Of a stretch of 24,000 bases of DNA, positions 9,069 to 13,655 are shown in pieces. Positions within the stretch are counted from its first letter, which is position 1; every line of letters starts with the position of its first letter. The position numbers were made by a program, and so were the translations under genes. Where the stretch lies: the NCBI GenBank assembly GCA_963838725.1, contig CAWISM010000021.1:123742-147741 (forward strand), read 5' to 3'. The notes under the pieces are model-generated. The model searched no databases. It saw nothing but the letters and a program-made list of their open reading frames with translations, and had not been told where the DNA came from. Source of the stretch: an uncultured cyanobacterium. Its GTDB lineage: Bacteria > Cyanobacteriota > Cyanobacteriia > Phormidesmidales > Phormidesmidaceae.

Positions 9069-9644
9069 CTAGGCATCTTCTGGAGAGCTAGAACGCAATT
9101 TAATATTGATACTGCCGTTGGGTTCTAGGGTGGCGGTTTCTATCTGTTCTTCTATTTTCTGCCAGGAGATGGCCGTTTTGAGTGGATTGCTTGCTGAGTC
9201 TAGATCGGTGAAAGTACCTTGCGATCGCATCACAACTTCTAGATCTTGCGAGGTAAGATGAGTTTCTCTTAACACTTGTTTGTCTACCTTGCCGTTTTTA
9301 ATTAGCAGCTTGGGTCCACCTTTGATCCAGGATTCTAACCAGGCAAACCGGAACGCAGCAGACGAGAGTAGCCGATGCATTAGTACTAGGGCAAACGCAG
9401 AAAGCAAAGTAGGGAAAAACGGCGACGACCCACTGATAGCTCGGCTCAATGTTGCCCCTAGCATGATGCCTATAATCACATCAAAAGTGGCATACTTACC
9501 GGCAAAGCGGCGATCGCCTAGTGCTCTGACCATTATCAGCGCACTGATATAGACAAACACCGCTCTAGCGCACATCTGCCCCACCGAAATGTTATCCGCG
9601 CTCAGCCCTAAAAGCCCGTCAAGCAGCCGACCAAAGAGATCCAT
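9069..9644 (-). CDS. DUF421 (YetF-like) membrane protein
   Basis: N-terminal TM region RAVFVYISALIMVRALGDRRFAGKYATFDVIIGIMLGATLSRAI and a C-terminal soluble part. Pattern typical of DUF421. Confidence 0.55.
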   Translation of the reverse strand: MDLFGRLLDGLLGLSADNISVGQMCARAVFVYISALIMVRALGDRRFAGKYATFDVIIGIMLGATLSRAISGSSPFFPTLLSAFALVLMHRLLSSAAFRFAWLESWIKGGPKLLIKNGKVDKQVLRETHLTSQDLEVVMRSQGTFTDLDSASNPLKTAISWQKIEEQIETATLEPNGSINIKLRSSSPEDA

Positions 9645-9749
9645 TCACCAACCTTTCCAAGGACATTACCCCGATCAAGATACTACACATGGTTTATGGT
9701 GACTGCTCGGCAGTAGTGACATAGCGAGTCTAGCCGAACGAACTCTCGA

Positions 9750-9779
9750 CTTAATTCATTTTTCGCCTTAATTCATTTT
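9750..9779. repeat. 13-bp direct repeat x2 (cttaattcatttt, 17-bp period) at the 3' edge of the psbV paralog operon
   Basis: Identical copies at 9750-9762 and 9767-9779, 7 nt beyond the psbV paralog stop. Confidence 0.9.
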
Positions 9780-9785
9780 GAGGAT

Positions 9786-10310
9786 CTATCTTTTAGGCTT
9801 GCCGCCTGCCCACTGGTCGCCGACGATATTGGGTTGGGCCAAGATATAGCCTGCGATCGCATCTAAATCATCATCAGTCAAATCCCGCATTCGAGGAAAC
9901 AAATCCGATCTGAGGGTTGAGGGATGCAGTTCCTCGAGCGATCGCAATCCGTCGTAGGTAGTTGGATTGTTCAAGTAATCTACGATTCCTATAACGCTAT
10001 CGCGCGCAGGCGTCGCATTTGCTAAAGTCTCTAGCCCTAGATCGACGTCTGGATTAGTTTTTGAGGCTCCGTCTATGTGGCACTGAGCGCAGCTACCGTT
10101 GAACTTCCGCTGTCCTTGGAGGAATTGTTGAGTTGTTAGGGTAACTGACTCTCCGACGTCGTTGAGAGCGACGGTGCGGTTGGTAGGATTGATTTCAACG
10201 GCGATCGCATTCTGCATCACAAAAAAGGTGAGCATTGCAACTGTCAAACAGATATAGATCGATAGTGCTTTGGTCAAAATGCTTTTGAGAATGTGAATCA
10301 TGGTACTCAT
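9786..10310 (-). CDS. psbV2: Cytochrome c-550 (PsbV) paralog, PSII extrinsic subunit
   Basis: Signal peptide ending AIA/VE. Haem motif CAQCH. Matches PsbV through ANATPARDSVIGIVDYLNNPTTYDG...ELHPS...LFPRMRDLTDDDLDAIAGYIL...WAGGK. The distal His (ELHPS) is retained. I prefer ATG 10310 (GAGAG upstream, 4 nt after the nblA stop) to the track start at 10373. The paralog number is nomenclature by context. Confidence 0.85.
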   Translation of the reverse strand: MSTMIHILKSILTKALSIYICLTVAMLTFFVMQNAIAVEINPTNRTVALNDVGESVTLTTQQFLQGQRKFNGSCAQCHIDGASKTNPDVDLGLETLANATPARDSVIGIVDYLNNPTTYDGLRSLEELHPSTLRSDLFPRMRDLTDDDLDAIAGYILAQPNIVGDQWAGGKPKR

Positions 10311-10314
10311 CTCT

Positions 10315-10539
10315 CTATTGAGAAGGTTTTGATTGAAACAGAATAGATTGAGAGTATTGATCTTGAGGAACATTCGTGGCGCTCAGCAAGTGATTGATCA
10401 AATTGTCTCGAACGATAATCTGTCGCATCAGTTCAACACTGTATGATCGAGCCTGCTCTAGCGATAAGTTCTGAGCCTTGTCCTTTACTTTTTGCAGCGC
10501 TTGCTCTTGTTCTAGATTGAGTTGACCGAGGATATTCAT
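10315..10539 (-). CDS. nblA: NblA-like phycobilisome degradation adaptor (74 aa)
   Basis: LNLEQEQALQKVKDKAQNLSLEQARSYSVELMRQIIVRDNLINHLL follows the NblA pattern (LSLEQEF.L......V..LS.EQA...L.E..RQMMVKDN.I..LLK). Flanked by psbF and psbV paralogs at 23-nt and 4-nt spacing. Confidence 0.75.
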   Translation of the reverse strand: MNILGQLNLEQEQALQKVKDKAQNLSLEQARSYSVELMRQIIVRDNLINHLLSATNVPQDQYSQSILFQSKPSQ

Positions 10540-10562
10540 GTGATTTCTCTCTTAATAAGCAG

Positions 10563-10697
10563 CTACCTTTGAATGAATTGCATAGCCGCAATCGATCCTA
10601 AGAAAAACACGGTTGGAATGGCTAGCGCATGAACGGCTAGCCACCGGATAGTGAAGATCGGATAGGAAACAGGCTGTTCGCGCTCGATATTTATCAT
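10563..10697 (-). CDS. psbF2: Cytochrome b559 beta subunit (PsbF) paralog, 44 aa, missing from the ORF track (<60 aa)
   Basis: My translation of the minus strand is [44 protein letters not shown]. It is near-identical to the PsbF consensus (..[36 protein letters not shown]), including the haem-ligand His. GGAGA lies 9 nt upstream of the ATG (10707-10711, minus strand). Confidence 0.9.
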   Translation of the reverse strand: MINIEREQPVSYPIFTIRWLAVHALAIPTVFFLGSIAAMQFIQR

Positions 10698-10745
10698 GAT
10701 TCGATTTCTCCAAACTAGGATGCGCTAGACTAAGGTGTGTTGGAT

Positions 10746-11582
10746 TTATGCGATCTCTGGCGTGATTCGGCTGTAGAACTGACCGAGTATTTTGACAGTC
10801 ATTGCTGGTTTAGAGCCAAAGTCTGTATCCGACGGCTGCTGACTTTCAAACGAACCCGAGATTTCGCCTGTCGACTGGTTGACCCGGTCAACTTGCAAAA
10901 CAATGTTTCCGGTTCCCACCTTGAAAGACTTGTTGTTTTGACGAGAAAAAGCCTCTCTATCGGCCTGAATCGGGATGCCAACTGCCGCATCGTAGCCAAC
11001 TGCTAGCCCTCGACCTTTGGGATCGATAAAGCTAGAGGTGCGATAGGGCGGCACATCAAAACTGCCAGCAAATCGAGTAGAGGGGCTAATAGTATCTATC
11101 GCTGCTGCTGTTTTGGCTACGAGCCCTTTGATAGTGAACAGCAAGGGGACGCGATCGCCACTAGGAATTTGAACAGTGACAGGCTGAAAGTCAAATCCCC
11201 CTTGTTCAACAAACGTTATGGCTCCATTCGGCGATTTCTGTAATTCTCCACTCACCTGGTCGAGCGTAAAACTAGAACGAGTCAGCAATTTGCCTTCCAC
11301 GAATCTGCCTGACTGCTTCTTTAGCTGACCGTTTATAGAGGGGAACGTCTCGACTAGAAACGTTTTGGGCTGTAGGCACAGCGATCTAATTTGATAGGGC
11401 TGACTGCCTTCTAAGGGAATAGCGTCCATATTAGTCCCCGTCAGCGCTGGACAATCGTTGGCTAGCCCACTGCCTCTAATGTCATCGTAGGTAAGCTCCC
11501 CTGCTACTTTGGGACTGCTACAGGCAGTGAGCAGTCCTAAAGTCAGTGCTAGAACCGTTGCGATCAAAGTCTTATGTATCAT
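10746..11582 (-). CDS. psbO2: Manganese-stabilising protein (PsbO) paralog with lipoprotein-type signal peptide
   Basis: LTYDDIRGSGLANDCPAL, CLQPKTF, GFDFQPVTVQIPSGDRVPLLFTIKGLVA, FDVPPYRTSSFIDPKGRG, STGEISGSFESQQPSDTDFG all follow PsbO. N-terminus is MIHKTLIATVLALTLGLLTAC. Confidence 0.9.
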   Translation of the reverse strand: MIHKTLIATVLALTLGLLTACSSPKVAGELTYDDIRGSGLANDCPALTGTNMDAIPLEGSQPYQIRSLCLQPKTFLVETFPSINGQLKKQSGRFVEGKLLTRSSFTLDQVSGELQKSPNGAITFVEQGGFDFQPVTVQIPSGDRVPLLFTIKGLVAKTAAAIDTISPSTRFAGSFDVPPYRTSSFIDPKGRGLAVGYDAAVGIPIQADREAFSRQNNKSFKVGTGNIVLQVDRVNQSTGEISGSFESQQPSDTDFGSKPAMTVKILGQFYSRITPEIA

Positions 11583-11670
11583 TCTTAACTCAGATAAAGA
11601 ACTTATCTATTTCTTGTGCGGCCCTGTTTCCAAGGCAGCTTCTTCTGGGCATTGAGTGAAATTTTCTAAC

Positions 11671-11698
11671 AGGTTGTTTCAGACAGGTTGTTTCAGAA
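11671..11698. repeat. Perfect 14-bp tandem direct repeat x2 (caggttgtttcaga) in the divergent psbO2/apcD5 intergenic region; candidate regulator binding site
   Basis: Copies at 11671-11684 and 11685-11698, 89-116 nt upstream of the psbO2 ATG. The core GGTTGTTT recurs upstream of the psbA paralog (22754-22761). Confidence 0.6.
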
Positions 11699-11773
11699 AG
11701 TGCCAATCGAAAATTCCACCGGAAGTGCCATTAAGCATTCATTCTGCTGTGTAGGTTATCGAAGACTTCTGAA

Positions 11774-11894
11774 GAACTTATGAAAATACGGATAAAGCCA
11801 CAGACTCGAATTATGAAGTCATCAATTCAAAGCCAAAGTTTTGAAAAGAAAGCAAATATTGTGGGTTTGAAGTCACCTAGATTTTCATAAGTTC
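11774..11894. repeat. Perfect 14-bp inverted repeat (gaacttatgaaaat / attttcataagttc) separated by 93 nt, upstream of the apc array
   Basis: Arms at 11774-11787 and 11881-11894. A partial third copy (agaacttat) lies near 11598. Confidence 0.8.
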
Positions 11895-12009
11895 TCCATC
11901 TTTGTTCTTTATAGTGACCTTAACTTCCTCACAATTGAAGTACCCTCTGTTGAAGAAACAGTTGAAGAAGTTTTGTTTTATTCCCTTTGAGTAGTGAGAA
12001 TCAAGTACT

Positions 12010-12486
12010 ATGAGCCTAGTCACAGAACTAATTTTGAGCGCAGACAGCGAAGCTCGATATCCTGCGCCCAAAGAGCTGAGAATCTTTCAAGACTTTGTAA
12101 AAACTGGAGAGCAGCGGGTTCGAATCGCCAAAGCTTTAGCAGCTAACGAGCAGAGAATTGTTCAAAACGGCAGTCAGAAGTTTTGGGAGCGCTGTCCGAA
12201 TACACCTAGCAACAGCGGCGTCGATCGGAAAACCGCATCCTGCCAGCGCGATCAGGGCTGGTACATTCGCTTAATTGCCTACTCTATATTAGCTGGCAGC
12301 GAGCGTCCGCTAGAAGATATCGGTACAGTCGGCATCAAGGAAATGTACAACAACCTGGAAATCCCGATCAGAAATATTGCAGAGTGCATGCGCTGTCTAA
12401 AAGAAGAGGCGATGGCCGTTTTGAGTGATGAAGATGCTCAAGAAGTCGCCGCCTATTTCGATCTAATTATTCAGTCTTTGTCGTAG
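12010..12486 (+). CDS. apcD5: Allophycocyanin alpha-type subunit, far-red paralog (ApcD5, formerly ApcA2, by position next to apcB2)
   Basis: MSLVTELILSADSEARYPAPKEL..., CQRDQGWYIRLIAYSILAG and YFDLIIQSLS follow ApcA/ApcD. Carries PNTPSNSG in place of the canonical VVSPGGNAYG. The bilin Cys (residue 78) is present. The paralog number comes from remembered synteny only. Confidence 0.85.
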   Translation: MSLVTELILSADSEARYPAPKELRIFQDFVKTGEQRVRIAKALAANEQRIVQNGSQKFWERCPNTPSNSGVDRKTASCQRDQGWYIRLIAYSILAGSERPLEDIGTVGIKEMYNNLEIPIRNIAECMRCLKEEAMAVLSDEDAQEVAAYFDLIIQSLS

Positions 12487-12547
12487 CGCTTGAGTGATAT
12501 TCACACACTATTTGTTTAAAACACTATTCGTTTAGGAGATTTTTCCT

Positions 12548-13033
12548 GTGCAAGATGCTATCACCACTTTGATCAACACGTCCGATGCTCAAGGCAAATA
12601 TCTAGATGATTCATCGCTAGACACACTGCAAGAATACTTTCGCAGCGGCGATCTGCGAGCGAGAGCGGCAATGACCATTAGCGCTAACGCCTCTACTATT
12701 GTCACCAAGACAGTAGCAAAGTCTCTGCTATATACCGATATTACTGGCCCTGGCGGCAATATGTACACCTGTCGCCGCTACGCCGCTTGCATTCGCGATA
12801 TGGACTTTTTCTTGCGCTATGGTACCTATGCCATGCTAGCAGGCGATGCTTCAATTCTAGATGAACGGGTTCTAAACGGATTGAAAGAAACCTACAACTC
12901 TTTGGGTGTGCCTATCGGCGCGACTATCAGGGCGGTTCAGGCGATGAAAGAAGTGGTCAACGACATGCTAGGCGCTGAAGCTGGCAAAGAGGTCGGTCAC
13001 TACTTTGATCATATCTGTTCTGGTTTGAGCTAG
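12548..13033 (+). CDS. apcB2: Allophycocyanin beta subunit, far-red paralog
   Basis: GTG start gives [20 protein letters not shown] (canonical ApcB N-terminus). [25 protein letters not shown] and [15 protein letters not shown] lies 10 nt upstream. Confidence 0.9.
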   Translation: MQDAITTLINTSDAQGKYLDDSSLDTLQEYFRSGDLRARAAMTISANASTIVTKTVAKSLLYTDITGPGGNMYTCRRYAACIRDMDFFLRYGTYAMLAGDASILDERVLNGLKETYNSLGVPIGATIRAVQAMKEVVNDMLGAEAGKEVGHYFDHICSGLS

Positions 13034-13046
13034 TCGTTGTTTCTCC

Positions 13047-13098
13047 CAGCGCTCTATTAGCTAGTGGTAGTCGATAGCGGCGGCTAGTAGAGGCGCTG
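13047..13098 (+). terminator. Strong intercistronic stem-loop after apcB2 (partial terminator or RNA-stabilising hairpin)
   Basis: ccagcgctctattagc (13047-13061) pairs with gctagtagaggcgctg (13083-13098): 15 bp including one T-G wobble pair, with one bulged G and a 21-nt loop. It begins 14 nt after the apcB2 stop and is followed by tcttatc (weak U tract). Confidence 0.45.
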
Positions 13099-13129
13099 TC
13101 TTATCAGAGCCGTTATAGGAGATTTTGTG

Positions 13130-13609
13130 ATGAGTGTGATTTCTCAGGCGATCGCAACTGCCGATCGTGAAGTTCGCTATCTCTCTAAAGGAGAGCTAGA
13201 TGCGATCAACCGTTTTTTCAACAATGGCCCCCAGCGATTGAGAATTGTTTCTATTCTCAACAGCAACGCAGAAGAAATTGTTGAAAAAGGCGCTAGGCGA
13301 TTTTGGCAGCGACATCCAATTACCCCTAGCAACAGCGACAATCCGCAATTTCAAGCATCTTGCTTGCGAGATCAGGCTTGGTTTATCCGACTGATCTCGT
13401 ATGCGGTGGCGGTCGGCGATGTCGACCCGCTAGAGGCCAGCGGCGTGAGAGGCGCTAGGGAAATGTATCTTTCTTTGGAGGTGCCGCTGAGGTCGGTGGC
13501 GCTGTGTATGCGATCGCTCAAAGAAGTCACGCTAGAGATGCTGAGCGTAGAAGATGCCGCTGAAGTGGGGCCGTACTTTGACTATCTGATTGCGGGGCTA
13601 ATGCCCTGA
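13130..13609 (+). CDS. apcD2: Allophycocyanin alpha-type subunit, far-red paralog (ApcD2 by position)
   Basis: MSVISQAIATADREVRYLSKGELD, PITPSNSD, ASCLRDQAWFIRLISYAVAVGD, YFDYLIAGL. ATG 13130 is preferred to GTG 13127 because the conserved N-terminus is MS[IV][VI]. Confidence 0.85.
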   Translation: MSVISQAIATADREVRYLSKGELDAINRFFNNGPQRLRIVSILNSNAEEIVEKGARRFWQRHPITPSNSDNPQFQASCLRDQAWFIRLISYAVAVGDVDPLEASGVRGAREMYLSLEVPLRSVALCMRSLKEVTLEMLSVEDAAEVGPYFDYLIAGLMP

Positions 13610-13655
13610 GCCTTGAATTTACTTGAATTTGGTTTACTTCGACTTGGAGACCGCT

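Noticed and set aside
10698-10745. Search for a psbE partner (and psbL/psbJ) next to the psbF paralog
   Set aside because: The 48-nt spacer to psbO2 and the 23-nt spacer to nblA cannot hold an ~80-codon psbE. No PsbE-like frame was found on either strand between 9.7 and 12.0 kb.
11780-11890. 36-codon basic ORF whose start and stop lie in the arms of the 14-bp inverted repeat
   Set aside because: There is no SD and the product is low-complexity and basic. The start and stop are a by-product of the palindromic arms (each contains ATG / TAA-complement). It is kept only as a note within the inverted-repeat finding.
13623-13655. ORF-track upstream starts: TTG 13623 for apcE2, TTG 19388 for psbB2, ATG 10373 for the psbV paralog, GTG 13127 for apcD2
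   Set aside because: Conserved family N-termini and SD-like sequences support ATG 13656, ATG 19412, ATG 10310 and ATG 13130 respectively. The 10373 start would also overlap nblA by about 60 nt.
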